This document shows, piece by piece, positions 19,631 through 30,692 of a DNA stretch of 64,000 nt. This stretch comes from Paramoeba atlantica (Eukaryota; Protista; Discosea): assembly GCA_977017575.1 (NCBI GenBank), contig CDRNVI010000039.1:434001-498000 (forward strand), in the 5' to 3' direction. A program made the translations under genes and the position numbers. Numbering within the stretch: the first letter of the stretch is position 1; each line of letters opens with the position of its first letter. The notes under the pieces were generated by a model, which had not been told where the DNA came from, searched no databases, and was given only the letters and a program-made list of their open reading frames with translations.

Positions 19631-22432
19631 CTAAGCCTCAAGTTTCAAGAAAATATGATAATTCGGACTGTTGTGAATTACCAATGCGCTCCATTCTGAT
19701 ATAACCTGCACAGAGTGTTGAACGCGAACCACTTCGGAGTGCAAATAAATATCTTCAGAGGTTCTAGGGAGAAAACGGCTTAGTATATAAAATAATCTTT
19801 GCAACACAACTTCCACAGAGAGCTGCACCGAGACGAAAATGTCTGCAATGAATATGCGAGCACAACTTGTGACATCTTGAGATTCGTACGGGATAAACTC
19901 CAAACAATGTAAGTCATAGAATATTTGATCCAGGTAATTTAAATGATCAGCCGCCCACGAAAATGATTTGGATTCCTTTGCCTCTCCGACAATTTGTGTT
20001 AACTGAGAAAGATCAGCTAATATTTTAACACAAGTAACAGCGCATACCACGTTCCTGCGCAGCAGCGAATTTAGTAAAGTTGCGTATGGGTTAGCTAGAG
20101 TAAGAATATTAGAAGCATGTAAATACTCAGAACCAAATTTGGAAAATGCGGAACTTGATACATCACAAAGGACGCCAACAAGCACGGAATCCAGAAAGGT
20201 CGACAATTGTCTTTGATTGGAAGCAGTCCATCCTGGACTAACAGTGGTATTCAGAATTTGTAAAAGGGAAATCACCAACTGTGAAAAATTCTTCATATGC
20301 GCACCTTTTTCTAGGACAGAACACAAGTCTTCCATTAGCCAAGTCGAGGTCTCACCATTTTTAATGCCGTCAACAATTTTATTTGCATTTTCTTGCTTGG
20401 TGACAACAGTTTCAAGAACTAGTTCCCACAATGTATTGCGCCTTGGTTTCGTATCCGCCTGGGGTTCATTCTGAATAGAACATCTATTTATGCTAAGATC
20501 CGTGATAGAAAGAATTCTTGCAAATGTATAACTACGTTGCTTTTCGCTACGCAAAGCTGAGAGTAATACCACAATTCCCGAGTTTACCTGACGGAGCAGC
20601 ATTGAAAAGTCTGAACTTATCCCGGAAGCTTGATTTTCATTCTGCAAGAAATGAGATGCATCCAGTGCACATAGCTGTACCAATGACAGTTCTTGAGAAA
20701 GTTTCACCAACATTTCGCGGGATTTAATCGCAGAACTTCGAGATGCAGGAAGATTCATACCAGACAAAATTAATACTAACGATAGAAAACACATTTCTGT
20801 TGGATGAACTTCTGCTTCGAGTTGTTGTTGCGCTAGAGAGATGTCAAGCAAATAAAAAAGACGTCTTGCACGTTGAATAAAATCGTTCCTCGTGTCGGAT
20901 GCAACAGGAATCGCGCACAAGCGCTGGTCTATGATTTCTTTTATTAAATGCAAACCTCCAATTGCAGCCGAATCCTCGCTGGCAGGCGCTTCCTTTTGGA
21001 AACCTATCGCCATAAGCACCCTGTTGTACAACCAGATGATTTCATCTACAGAACTACAGGAGCCATCAATGATACGTGAAAGTTCCTTTAAAGTCCATCT
21101 TCGAACAGAGAAAAATACACGCGGAATCAACAACAGGAGAACAACACTCCGAAACGTATCCTCTTTTTCTATGTGCAAGAGTGAGTTCAACACAGTCGCC
21201 TCTTGGAAAAACCATTGCTCGGTCTTCAAATTTGAAGACGAATGAAACAAACGAAGTACAGATTCAATACCTTCGAAAGGTACCTGTAAAATGCCCGCCG
21301 CATCAAATCTGTGACATTTCAGGCAATTAAATATTACAAGCCACGGGTTACGAGAATTATAGGTGGCTATGCTGTACTCCAAAATAATTTCATGAAAGGA
21401 AGAAGCAGTGTATGCGTCGCCCAATGCTGACCCTAAGGAAACTTGTGGAGTGTCATACAGCGAATGTAAAACGTGAAGAGTAAATTTGTGAGAAAGAAAA
21501 GCGCAGACAGAGTGCCCCCATGAAAAACTTTCTGACGGTGGATGGGTTTCGTCAGGTTGAAAGTTTAGCCCTTTCTTTTCACACTGATGCTCAAAAATGT
21601 ATGAAAAGTCATCCCACAGCCTCGACAGTGATGTTTGAGGACAAGAAGATTTAAGTTTTTTACTAATGGCTAGTGCGATTCTCAAATCTCTATCCGTTGA
21701 CGTGGCGTCAAGAGAAGTCGCTGCATCGGAAATCTCTTGAGATGAGTAGCAGAATTCAGATAACAGTGGAAGCGTCGTTTGTACTTTACGCAAAGAAACT
21801 TCGTCAGAATGTTTAGAGAGTAGCTGCTCAGAGCCTTGTCCAGTAGAGTCCAGATTTACATCAAAACGAAAAGCCGATAGAGTGGACGTTGACGATATCG
21901 TATCCGTTCGACGAGGTGGTAGAGTCCTTAAGAGGGGGAAAAACGATTGAAAACGATCCACTTGTTTGCGAATACTTGACTGAATGATTTTATTTGTATT
22001 CGCAGTAGCAGATGCTGCATTCTTCGCAGATACAGGGATCGCATGACGTAGACAGTTGCGAAAAACGAGCTGTCGTGCACATTTCTGAGCATATTCTGAG
22101 CTATAGATCGTACGCGCCTGACGTTTAGGAACCGTATCAAGCGTGGTTCTTGCTGTAGCGCTTCCTCGACGAAAAGACTGTATCTGGGAACAAGCTCTTT
22201 CCAGATGGTAATTATCGCGCAAAGGAGATTCTTCTTTCCATGTTTTTTCCGCGGATGCATGGGTTGAAATTGACTCATTTAGAAGTTTCGCGCGCTGTAG
22301 GGCCTGGGTAAAAGGTATGTTATTCATCAGAGACAAAAACGAAGCGCCTTGAAGTTTCGACTGAGCACGCAATTCCCGCAACTTGATGTCGTGAGTAGTT
22401 GATTCAGGCGGCGCGTATCGAAGAGCTTCCAT
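19631..22432 (-). CDS. NUP93: Nucleoporin Nup93/Nic96-like
   Basis: PWLVIFNCLKCHRFDAA resembles Nup93 VWALIYYCMRCGDLLAA; SVDEIIWL resembles EDYLWL; helical C-terminus; size fits. Confidence 0.65.
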   Translation of the reverse strand: MEALRYAPPESTTHDIKLRELRAQSKLQGASFLSLMNNIPFTQALQRAKLLNESISTHASAEKTWKEESPLRDNYHLERACSQIQSFRRGSATARTTLDTVPKRQARTIYSSEYAQKCARQLVFRNCLRHAIPVSAKNAASATANTNKIIQSSIRKQVDRFQSFFPLLRTLPPRRTDTISSTSTLSAFRFDVNLDSTGQGSEQLLSKHSDEVSLRKVQTTLPLLSEFCYSSQEISDAATSLDATSTDRDLRIALAISKKLKSSCPQTSLSRLWDDFSYIFEHQCEKKGLNFQPDETHPPSESFSWGHSVCAFLSHKFTLHVLHSLYDTPQVSLGSALGDAYTASSFHEIILEYSIATYNSRNPWLVIFNCLKCHRFDAAGILQVPFEGIESVLRLFHSSSNLKTEQWFFQEATVLNSLLHIEKEDTFRSVVLLLLIPRVFFSVRRWTLKELSRIIDGSCSSVDEIIWLYNRVLMAIGFQKEAPASEDSAAIGGLHLIKEIIDQRLCAIPVASDTRNDFIQRARRLFYLLDISLAQQQLEAEVHPTEMCFLSLVLILSGMNLPASRSSAIKSREMLVKLSQELSLVQLCALDASHFLQNENQASGISSDFSMLLRQVNSGIVVLLSALRSEKQRSYTFARILSITDLSINRCSIQNEPQADTKPRRNTLWELVLETVVTKQENANKIVDGIKNGETSTWLMEDLCSVLEKGAHMKNFSQLVISLLQILNTTVSPGWTASNQRQLSTFLDSVLVGVLCDVSSSAFSKFGSEYLHASNILTLANPYATLLNSLLRRNVVCAVTCVKILADLSQLTQIVGEAKESKSFSWAADHLNYLDQIFYDLHCLEFIPYESQDVTSCARIFIADIFVSVQLSVEVVLQRLFYILSRFLPRTSEDIYLHSEVVRVQHSVQVISEWSALVIHNSPNYHIFLKLEA

Positions 22433-22813
22433 TTAAAAGGATATGACTTCAATTATTTTTGAGAAAAACTTACGGCCTAACCCAAACACTAGCCGTGAAT
22501 TGTTAAATAAAGCACAGTAGAGCAAATAATAAGTGGAACAAATACTAAATAAAAAGAAAAGTTGTTTCTTTTTAAAGATCCGGATGACGCATAAATTTAA
22601 TGAGTGAGGGTTCAATGAATATATGTTTGCGAGTAGGAACTCTATTAATTATGGGGCCAAACAGGAAAAGTGCACTCTAGGCTATAAATGACATCGATTA
22701 ATACAATCAATTATTTGTCGACATTGTTAGAGAACAAAGAATCAGAGTGTAGTACAAGGGGAACTTATATTGTGCTTGGAATAGAAAATGTCGCATATAG
22801 AATAATTACAAAC

Positions 22814-24355
22814 TTAGAAATCTTTACGTAGACGATTTTCATCGATAGTAGGAATATCCACAGGAACTTCATGAAGCCGAAATAGCTCACGAAAGTCACG
22901 ATCTGCTCTTTCTATATCTCCAAGAGCTTCAAGAACTGTCGCACGAGCGCGAAAAACTTTGTGCATGGACAGAAATTCATCACGCTCTAAAATAGATGTT
23001 AAGATTTTAAGTGCCTCGTCATTCCTCCCTTGTTGTCCTAAGGCCACAGCGTAACCAAGTTCGGCTCGGTCTTTCTGTTGCATCAACAAGTCTCGGGCCA
23101 TTTGTTTTTGCCGTTGCAAGTAATCAGTCGTGCCGATACTACCGGAAGGAATACTGCTGTACGTTTTATCAATTTGCTCCAATACAGAGTAAAACTTGCT
23201 ATCGTGTGTCAGGGAACCTTTTAGGGAAGGTGTGCCAAGCCGAGATGCGACGTGTTCCAGAATATCAGCGCTTGTCGGAGCCTCATTCAAAGCCCGAAGG
23301 TAGGATGCTGCCTCAGCGGACGGTTTGCTTTTATCTTTTTCGGAAAGACGATCTATGGCATCATACACAGCATTCAAAGCACCTGCGTTGTTGCCCCTAA
23401 TATTTCCTGAGAAAAGGCGAAACCGATTTTGCAATTCCTTAGCTTTAACACTATCCCACGGTTTGTATGATATAGTGTCTACTTCACACGGGCGCACAAA
23501 ATCATAATCCCGAAGCTCGGCCTTCACAAAAATAGGCAACAACGCCCGCACCTCCTCCTTGGTGAGTTCCTCCAACCCATGCTCCTTCACCAGCGGCGTC
23601 AAACTGGGGGCCGTGCCGTGGAGGCGCTCCACCGTCTGTTGCACCGCACGAGAGCCCCACTTCCCCCCTTTTCTCTCCGAGGCATACATCTCCGCCACCC
23701 ACTGCCTCACAAACAACCCCGCCGCACTCTCCTCCCTCCCCCCCTCCACCACACACTCCCCCACCGCCCCCCGTTGCCTTAACTCCGCATTCAGATGCGC
23801 GATCGCGACCTGAAACCTCTCCGCGGCACTCCGCGGGGAGCCGCGCAACCCATGCGCCACCGGGGACCCCTCCAGCCACTCCTCCCCGAGCGCCACCGAC
23901 AACGACCAGTCCCGGGGGCTGTGCTCCAGCGCCTGCTGCAGGCTCCCAATGGCGCGCTGCCGGGCCTGCAGGGCCGTGGTGGTCTCCACGGCCTCGGCTG
24001 CAGCGTTGGTAGCGGAAGTCACTTTTACTCGTGTAAGATAGTGAGCCCGTGCGACCAGCGCGAGTCCGAGCTCCCGCATGGGCCCCGCGGCCTGGTGGTT
24101 GTTTTTTGGATTGGGCAATACCTCCAGCGCGCGTGAGGCGTCGGCCAGCCCCGAGGGGAGGTCCCCGAGCTGGAGGAAGGCAAAGGAACGCGCCAGGAGG
24201 GGCTCGGGGCGGGAGGGGAGTTTGGAGGCGATGAGGGCAGTGAGGGTCGAGAGGAGAGGGGGGAGGGCGGGGGGTGGGGGGAGGAGGCAGGAGGTGGGCC
24301 AGAGGGGGAGGAGGGAGGCGAGGGAGGAGGATAGGGGGGTACCCCGGCGTAGCAT
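22814..24355 (-). CDS. TPR-repeat protein, possibly mitochondrial
   Basis: TPR patterns at both ends (ARSFAFLQLGDLPSGLADASRAL; YAVALGQQGRNDEAL; RARATVLEALGDIERA); MLRR start. Confidence 0.7.
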   Translation of the reverse strand: MLRRGTPLSSSLASLLPLWPTSCLLPPPPALPPLLSTLTALIASKLPSRPEPLLARSFAFLQLGDLPSGLADASRALEVLPNPKNNHQAAGPMRELGLALVARAHYLTRVKVTSATNAAAEAVETTTALQARQRAIGSLQQALEHSPRDWSLSVALGEEWLEGSPVAHGLRGSPRSAAERFQVAIAHLNAELRQRGAVGECVVEGGREESAAGLFVRQWVAEMYASERKGGKWGSRAVQQTVERLHGTAPSLTPLVKEHGLEELTKEEVRALLPIFVKAELRDYDFVRPCEVDTISYKPWDSVKAKELQNRFRLFSGNIRGNNAGALNAVYDAIDRLSEKDKSKPSAEAASYLRALNEAPTSADILEHVASRLGTPSLKGSLTHDSKFYSVLEQIDKTYSSIPSGSIGTTDYLQRQKQMARDLLMQQKDRAELGYAVALGQQGRNDEALKILTSILERDEFLSMHKVFRARATVLEALGDIERADRDFRELFRLHEVPVDIPTIDENRLRKDF

Positions 24356-24706
24356 GGGGAGAGGAGGAATATAATATAGAGGGGTAGTGGAGAAAAGGGT
24401 GTCAAAAATAGGGGTGTAAAAATGTGGATGAGAGGGATGGTGAATTGAATGGTTTGACGGTGCTCAACCAAAAAGGTTTCGAGAGATGAATTTGGCATCA
24501 TTTTGTGCAATTCATGAATATACATGGATTGAATGCAACACGGTTAGGAAAGTGACATAGGAAGTTTCTAATTAGGTAAACAGAAGTCCATCCAATGAAC
24601 TCTACTTTTCTTATATTTTAAAAGATAGCAACACTCGTGCATTGATCATGCGTTTATTAAAAAAGGAATAAATACAATCTCACAATTAAACACCTACTGG
24701 ATTGTC

Positions 24707-25495
24707 TTAAGATTCGTCCTCGTCCTCTACCCATAACGCGATATTATCCTTTAAGAGCTGCAGAATCAGACTCGCCTCCTTATACGTCTCCTCATCCAGC
24801 GCGTCGATCTCATCCAAGGCTTTCTCATAAGCCTCCTTGGCGAGCGTCAGCCCCTTCTGCGTCTCCTTCAGAATTTCATAATAAAACACTGAGAAGTTCA
24901 GCGCAAGCCCCAGTCCAATCGGGTGGGTTGCGGGGAAAATCTCCATCGTAAGCTCCGAGGCCGCCTTGTACGCCTCCAGCGCCGCCTGTCGAGCCTCCGC
25001 CTCCTCCTCCTCACTCGCCTCCGCGTGGTACCGATGGTAGTCCCCTTTCATTTTCAAATAAAACACCCGCGACTCCCCGTCCGTGGTCCCCGGCAACAGG
25101 TGGGTATCCACCAGTCGCACCACACTACGCGCAATCTCCGCAATCTCCCGCTCCATCGTTTTGCGGTACGCGGTGGCGTGGGGGGCGTTCCCCGAGGCCC
25201 GGTCCCGCTCCCGGGCCTCCACGGTGTGCGCCACGCGCCAGGCCGCGCGGCGGGACCCGATCAGGTTCTTGTACCCGACACTGAGCAGGTTGCGCTCCTC
25301 CGCGGTGAGGTCGGGGCTGGGGGCGGTGACCAGGCGGGAGAGCAGCGTGAGCATGTCCTCGTAGCGCTCGGCCTGCTCCGCGAGCCGGATGAGGGCGAGC
25401 AGGGCGTCCCGGGAGGGGGGCGCGGGGAGGGGGGCGGGGGGGTGGGGGAGGTTCTCGGGGTGGGAGAGGGTGCGGAGCCATTCGAGGGTGGACAT
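24707..25495 (-). CDS. 14-3-3 protein
   Basis: LAEQAERYEDM, ERNLLSVGYKNLIGSRRAAWR, FYLKMKGDYHRY, LGLALNFSVFYYEIL, LILQLLKDNIALW. Confidence 0.98.
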   Translation of the reverse strand: MSTLEWLRTLSHPENLPHPPAPLPAPPSRDALLALIRLAEQAERYEDMLTLLSRLVTAPSPDLTAEERNLLSVGYKNLIGSRRAAWRVAHTVEARERDRASGNAPHATAYRKTMEREIAEIARSVVRLVDTHLLPGTTDGESRVFYLKMKGDYHRYHAEASEEEEAEARQAALEAYKAASELTMEIFPATHPIGLGLALNFSVFYYEILKETQKGLTLAKEAYEKALDEIDALDEETYKEASLILQLLKDNIALWVEDEDES

Positions 25496-25763
25496 GGGGG
25501 GGAGGGAGAGGGAGAGGGGTGGGAGAGAAGGGAGGAGAGGAGTAGGGGGTGGGAAGAGTAGGGTGAGGGGTGTAGAGTGTAGAGTAGGGGGTGGGGAGGT
25601 GGTGTGGGGGGATTGTGTTGAGGGGGTGGAGATGGTACAAAAAAGGAAGGCTTGTTTTCAATACAGATAAAAGTATTTGTAAAAAGTATATGGTAAGTTA
25701 GTGCGTACTTGTGCATGTGCTAAAATGAATAGCGAAACAAAACTTTGGTATTTAGAAAACAAG

Positions 25764-26483
25764 TCATAAAAGCTTCAGCTTCTCGCAGTCTTGTCCGTCT
25801 ACAAAAACATTGTAGGGAATCGGATCTGTACCTGCAGGATCGGAAAGGCAATTCCCTGTAAGGTCAGCTTGAATGAGCCCTGCAGGCAGCCGAGAAAGAT
25901 CGAGTTGGCCAGTAAAGAAATTATTCCCTGCGCGCAAGTACTGTAAGGAACACGGTAACGCCGTTAGATTCAATGGACCTGTAAAAAAGTTGCGATACAG
26001 ATAGAGCCCAACGAGACCCTGGGGAAGACGTGTGAGGTCGACATTTCCTTGCAGTTTGTTATCATTCATCCGCGTCGAAGCCAAATCTCGTGGCAAAGAA
26101 GTGAAATCAACAGTTTCGGAAAATGCATTGGTAAACAAGGAAAGCGTGCAGAGTGAATCAGGCAGAGCTGAGGTATCAATTTCCCCTGTGAGCAAATTGT
26201 CGTTTAGAAACAGGCGAAACAGAGAAGGGGGAAGTGAGCCCCATGTAAGGTTGCCTTCGAGTGATTGCATGGTCCAACGAATTTGGTAGACTTGCTCGTC
26301 TTCCACATTACAGGAGACACCTCGCCAGTTACAACCAGGAGTAGTTTCCTTCCAGGAATCTAACCTCATCTTTAGATGTTGAGTGAATGACATGAGGAGC
26401 AGTTCTGGAGGCAGTATGGACCCCCTGACCTTTCCCGCTCGCGTGGGAGTTGCGTCCATAGAAGTGAGCAATTGGAAAGCCAT
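25764..26483 (-). CDS. Leucine-rich repeat protein (expanded family, copy 1)
   Basis: CNWRGVSC cap, then LxGxxDLxxLPxxLxxLxLxxNxF repeats. Confidence 0.9.
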   Translation of the reverse strand: MAFQLLTSMDATPTRAGKVRGSILPPELLLMSFTQHLKMRLDSWKETTPGCNWRGVSCNVEDEQVYQIRWTMQSLEGNLTWGSLPPSLFRLFLNDNLLTGEIDTSALPDSLCTLSLFTNAFSETVDFTSLPRDLASTRMNDNKLQGNVDLTRLPQGLVGLYLYRNFFTGPLNLTALPCSLQYLRAGNNFFTGQLDLSRLPAGLIQADLTGNCLSDPAGTDPIPYNVFVDGQDCEKLKLL

Positions 26484-26921
26484 GTAATTTCGCGGCTGAC
26501 GGGTAACTTAAGATGGGTAAGATATGGATACAAAACTATATTTTACGCTACTGATAATTAAATTAGAGGGTGAAACGACAGCGAGAAAGGGAAAAGAAAA
26601 TAAAGTCGAGTACATTCTCCGACATAAAAAAATTGTTGCCTTTCTTTAGAACCATGCCAAAAAAGAATGCGTTGGTACAATATTTTGGTGTTTCAGAAAA
26701 TAAAAAGAGAGAGATTAATCCGTTTTTTTACCCGCAAAGATTGATTTTAAAACGTGAGAAAAAATCAAGATCACACTAAAACGCGAATAATCCATTGCCC
26801 TGCTGGGAAAACGGATTCAAGAGAGGGATGCGAAAAATGATACAAATAGCAATATGAACACAAGGTAAAGGAGCGACTCATAAACGGTAATTTTACAAAA
26901 TGAAGCCCCTTTCAAAATTTA

Positions 26922-28013
26922 CTACGCAGAAGAGCTGTCGCTGTAGCTTGATTCGTCGGAACTGTACCCTCCCGAGCTTTTGCTGTTCGAAGAATCGGAT
27001 GACCCATCACTTGAGGAAGCACTACTCTCTGAGTCAGAAGATGAAGTGTCGGAGGAAGAGCTGGAGGCGGATTTTTCTTGCTTCTTCGCCGCTACTTTTT
27101 TGACAGTAGGACGACTGGTCCGGGAGGACCTCTTTTTGCTAGTCACCGTTCCGTACTGGCGGGTGTACTCCTCCATTTGACGTGCGTACTCAGCCTTGAC
27201 TTGCGTCTCCCGGGCGGCGTACTTCGCCTTAACTTCCTCGGAAGCATTTTTCCACATCTCTCCCACAGCCTTGGAGAGTTCCGGTACCCCAAATTGGGGG
27301 TTGTCCTGCTTTACCTGCTGACGCACGTCTGCGAGGTACATAAAAAACGCCGCCATTGGCCGTTTCGGGGGTGGAGGACGATCATTGTCCACATCCTCCT
27401 CCGCCATCTGGGGTTTACCCTTCTTACCCTCCTTTTTTGTAGCTCCTCGCTTCGGGACGACCCCACCTGCTTGCTTGAATGCTTCCAGCTCCACCTCATA
27501 CCGTTTCTTCTCCTCCTCTGCTTTCGCAGTGTAGTGTGCCTTCTCCTCATCTCCGATCGCCCTCCACATCTCGGCGGTGCGTGACGCGATCTCGGTGATG
27601 CGCAGCCCGGGGTTCTCTGCCTTTAACTTCGCACGCGCGTCCGCGGAGTACAGAAAATACACGGACAGCGGTTTCTTCGGCCCCGTGGGGGCTGTGCTGG
27701 CCACCACCGGCGCGAGCTCCTCCGACTTCCCCTCGGAGCGTCGGGTACGGGGCTTTCGAACTTTGGATCCGGCTTGGACGGCTCCCTGCTCGGAACGTTT
27801 CATGGCCTCCACAAGATCGCGCTGAAAAGCAGGCTCCTCGAATTTTTTCGTGATGACTTCCTTCAGCATGGCATTGTCCTCAGCGGAGAAGGTGAGCTTG
27901 TATTTATGCTCCAGGCGTTTGCGTAAGATTTTAGTGGTAGCGACGTCCACGCCGAGTTCATCGATGAGCGAAGAAACGTCCTTGTACACCACCGCCTCCT
28001 CCGGTATGGACAT
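26922..28013 (-). CDS. TDP1: HMG-box chromatin protein with N-terminal DEK-C domain and two HMG boxes (TDP1-like)
   Basis: DEK-C-like TTKILRKRLE, HMG boxes PKKPLSVYFLYS and PKRPMAAFFMYL, Ser-rich tail. Same architecture as trypanosome TDP1. Likely start at ATG 28013 after a pyrimidine tract. Confidence 0.8.
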   Translation of the reverse strand: MSIPEEAVVYKDVSSLIDELGVDVATTKILRKRLEHKYKLTFSAEDNAMLKEVITKKFEEPAFQRDLVEAMKRSEQGAVQAGSKVRKPRTRRSEGKSEELAPVVASTAPTGPKKPLSVYFLYSADARAKLKAENPGLRITEIASRTAEMWRAIGDEEKAHYTAKAEEEKKRYEVELEAFKQAGGVVPKRGATKKEGKKGKPQMAEEDVDNDRPPPPKRPMAAFFMYLADVRQQVKQDNPQFGVPELSKAVGEMWKNASEEVKAKYAARETQVKAEYARQMEEYTRQYGTVTSKKRSSRTSRPTVKKVAAKKQEKSASSSSSDTSSSDSESSASSSDGSSDSSNSKSSGGYSSDESSYSDSSSA

Positions 28014-28306
28014 GATAAAAGTAGGAAGAGAAAGATAGTCTATATGAAGTTTAGGGACATCTTCATACCAAGGCACTTTTACATGACATTTCTTTCGCAA
28101 TGTTTCATTATACATATGATGATACATATTTCTTCATTATACGTATGATGAAATTGATTTGGGCACCATTCACTTGGGTCTCTAAAAATAAGAAGAGAGA
28201 TTGTTCAGATAGTTCGATTGAGGAACTATGTGATATTGTGAATCAAAAAACTGCCTCGAACTCCTAAGATGTTGACCTTTATGCTGGCCAATAGAACATG
28301 TGAGTG

Positions 28307-28675
28307 TTAGGGAAACACTTGCGGAGTCCAAGGATATCGCCTCGTGCCGCCTCGAATACCATCCGGGGAATCTTCCCACATTTTCGCCCCTTCGCCTGTG
28401 CCCTGCATGGGATAATTCCAGACCAACCAAATGAGACATCCCCAAAGAATCAAAGATAAAGCAACCGAGAGGATAAGAGGTACTTTCGTGTTGTGATGGT
28501 AGAAAACGTGACCCCTTTTGCCCTTGTGCCACCCATTGGACCAAAAAAGGGTTTCCCAATTTGATGTGCTTCGAGACGTTGCGCTTTTGTGAAGTTGATC
28601 GTTCCCTATATTTGGCGGTTGCCATTTCGTACGTGTGCCAAAATTTTGAGATGTAGGAAAGGCCGAGGAGTCCAT
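28307..28675 (-). CDS. Small single-pass membrane protein of unknown function
   Basis: ATG ORF with one TM helix (PLILSVALSLILWGCLIWLVW) and Trp/Gly-rich flanks. Confidence 0.5.
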   Translation of the reverse strand: MDSSAFPTSQNFGTRTKWQPPNIGNDQLHKSATSRSTSNWETLFWSNGWHKGKRGHVFYHHNTKVPLILSVALSLILWGCLIWLVWNYPMQGTGEGAKMWEDSPDGIRGGTRRYPWTPQVFP

Positions 28676-28949
28676 CAGGGGATTTCTCGTACAAATTAAT
28701 GTTTGTGAAAATGATAGCGAAGATAGATCCTATCCAGATTAAAAAAGACTAACTGGCCTTAGTTTGTACTGTAATCATCTCTGCCTGATCCTAATTAATG
28801 AGGAACAAAAATGGAAAGCACAATAATTCAAATATCGGCAAACGAAGTACGATGTGAAAAGTGAGCAAACAAATTAGGTGATTTTCTATAGTTAAAATGG
28901 ATAGAATCATAGTAGACCACTCGTGATATAGAGTCACAACAGAATAGAT

Positions 28950-30692
28950 CTATTTCCATGTTTTCTCGTAGAACAAAACGTAGGCACTTGAATAGTCAAG
29001 CTCACGGCAAGGACGCACTCTGCCGTCATCATATTCGTACCAATCGGAGGAATCACCTTGTCTACAAAACGCGGTGTAGTGTCCACCACCGGTAGATCCA
29101 ATATGATTGATGACTCCTCGTAAGTCGTACACAGTCGACTCTTGTGAGTAATTCTCTGACGCAAAGAAAGGTTCCAAGTCCAATCCTCGTTTAGGGAATG
29201 TCACCTCATCTTGTATTTTGCTGTGTCTCCAGTCATCACGGAAGCGTTTTAAGTGAATCATCAAGATAGGCGGGGCACGGCACAGCCGAAACTCCAACGT
29301 ACTATCCGTGTGTTGCTTACACTCCGAACAGTACGCCTGTTCCAGACCCGTAAGTTTCTCTGGATCGGTAAATTTTTTCAAGCAATCCACCAAGCTATCG
29401 GGCTCTACACTCTCCCTCATCTCAGGAATTGGCAGAGATAAGTCCATAAAAGGGGCAAAGGTGCGACTAACGTGGGAGCACGCGTTGCACACCCGACACT
29501 GCTGAAGCCACCCGCCAAAGAGTTCCGTGACCACGGAGTCATTTCTGGAACGGTAGTACTGTATGTATCGATCGGCCTGGGCGCGCGCGGTCTCACCCTT
29601 GATGTCGGCCAACTCCTGGGCAGGGGGAGGTTGGATGACGTGATTGGTCTCCTGATGCAATCCGTCCAACACGTAGCGTAGGAACTCCTGGGCGTCATGT
29701 TGTCGGTAGTTCGCAAAGATCTTGGCCCAACGACTAAGTACGTTTCTGAAATGCATAGGAGATGCGACCTTCCCCTGGGAGGCAGATTGTATGGCTTCGT
29801 GTAAGCGGGTAAGCTCGCGAGACAGTAATCCCTGTGTAGGGGATTTCGCCCCGGTTGGGGTGAATTGCTCTTCATGAATCGCCTCTAGAACGGACCCACA
29901 CCTTAGCAAACACTGGAGAGATGCATTCATGTAGCACGTGTTTCCTAGATTTTGAAACCCAATTGGATTCAGTGCGAAAGGGGGGCACTCCGTTCCATTG
30001 CAGTCTGTGGGACTAGATTCTACACCAGAGTTCTTTAAAATGACTTGACCACTGCTTGTAATGTTTATCTGATTACCTTCGATCGAGCTTTCATGAGTAT
30101 TTTCTCCCACACTCTTGATAGGAGTGTTTCGAGGCGTCAAACAAAAGTTGAAATCACGGTCTTCAGAATTACTTTTCTCTAGGGGTGACTTTGGAGAGCT
30201 GAGCGCACTCTTAGTCTCAGACATACACTCAACCCGATCATTCCTAGTAGACAGAGGAGTATCATTTCTCGATACTGAACGCTGGAAAAAATTCTCTTCA
30301 CTGTTTTCATCGGAACATGAAGGTGATGCTCCTTGAGCTTCAACCTCGTTCTTCAATGGGGGTGTAAGTAAAGTTATTCCGTCAGCCTTATGTACAGTCT
30401 CAAGCGCGCTATTGAATAGCCTCCCAGAATCTTCAAAACGCCCCCTAGAATGCTCGTGAATATTCTTTACTGTTTCAGTGTCCTTTGCCTTAACAGTTAC
30501 GGTTGAATATTCGAATTCGTTGTTGATTTTGACTGATATATTTTCGCTTGAAAAAGTATTTTGAAATAAACTTTCAATGCAGTCTTGGTGAACCTGAGCA
30601 GCGGTGTGATTGGCACCTGTATGCGGGTAGCGACCTGCTACGGATTCGGAACTTTGAATTGTTCCCACGGTGGGTGAGTTAGGGAGCGTCAA
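28950..30692 (-). CDS. Ubiquitin-specific protease (peptidase C19, USP2/21-like); true start unresolved
   Basis: Cys box GFQNLGNTCYMNASLQCL, QHDAQEFL, His box GGHYTAFC..WYEYDD. Track start is TTG; the first in-frame ATG is at 30224. Confidence 0.93.
   Translation of the reverse strand: MTLPNSPTVGTIQSSESVAGRYPHTGANHTAAQVHQDCIESLFQNTFSSENISVKINNEFEYSTVTVKAKDTETVKNIHEHSRGRFEDSGRLFNSALETVHKADGITLLTPPLKNEVEAQGASPSCSDENSEENFFQRSVSRNDTPLSTRNDRVECMSETKSALSSPKSPLEKSNSEDRDFNFCLTPRNTPIKSVGENTHESSIEGNQINITSSGQVILKNSGVESSPTDCNGTECPPFALNPIGFQNLGNTCYMNASLQCLLRCGSVLEAIHEEQFTPTGAKSPTQGLLSRELTRLHEAIQSASQGKVASPMHFRNVLSRWAKIFANYRQHDAQEFLRYVLDGLHQETNHVIQPPPAQELADIKGETARAQADRYIQYYRSRNDSVVTELFGGWLQQCRVCNACSHVSRTFAPFMDLSLPIPEMRESVEPDSLVDCLKKFTDPEKLTGLEQAYCSECKQHTDSTLEFRLCRAPPILMIHLKRFRDDWRHSKIQDEVTFPKRGLDLEPFFASENYSQESTVYDLRGVINHIGSTGGGHYTAFCRQGDSSDWYEYDDGRVRPCRELDYSSAYVLFYEKTWK

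Noticed and set aside
28182-28694. 170-aa minus-strand ORF overlapping the small TM gene
   Set aside because: TTG start and unstructured composition; the alternative frame has an ATG and a clear TM helix.
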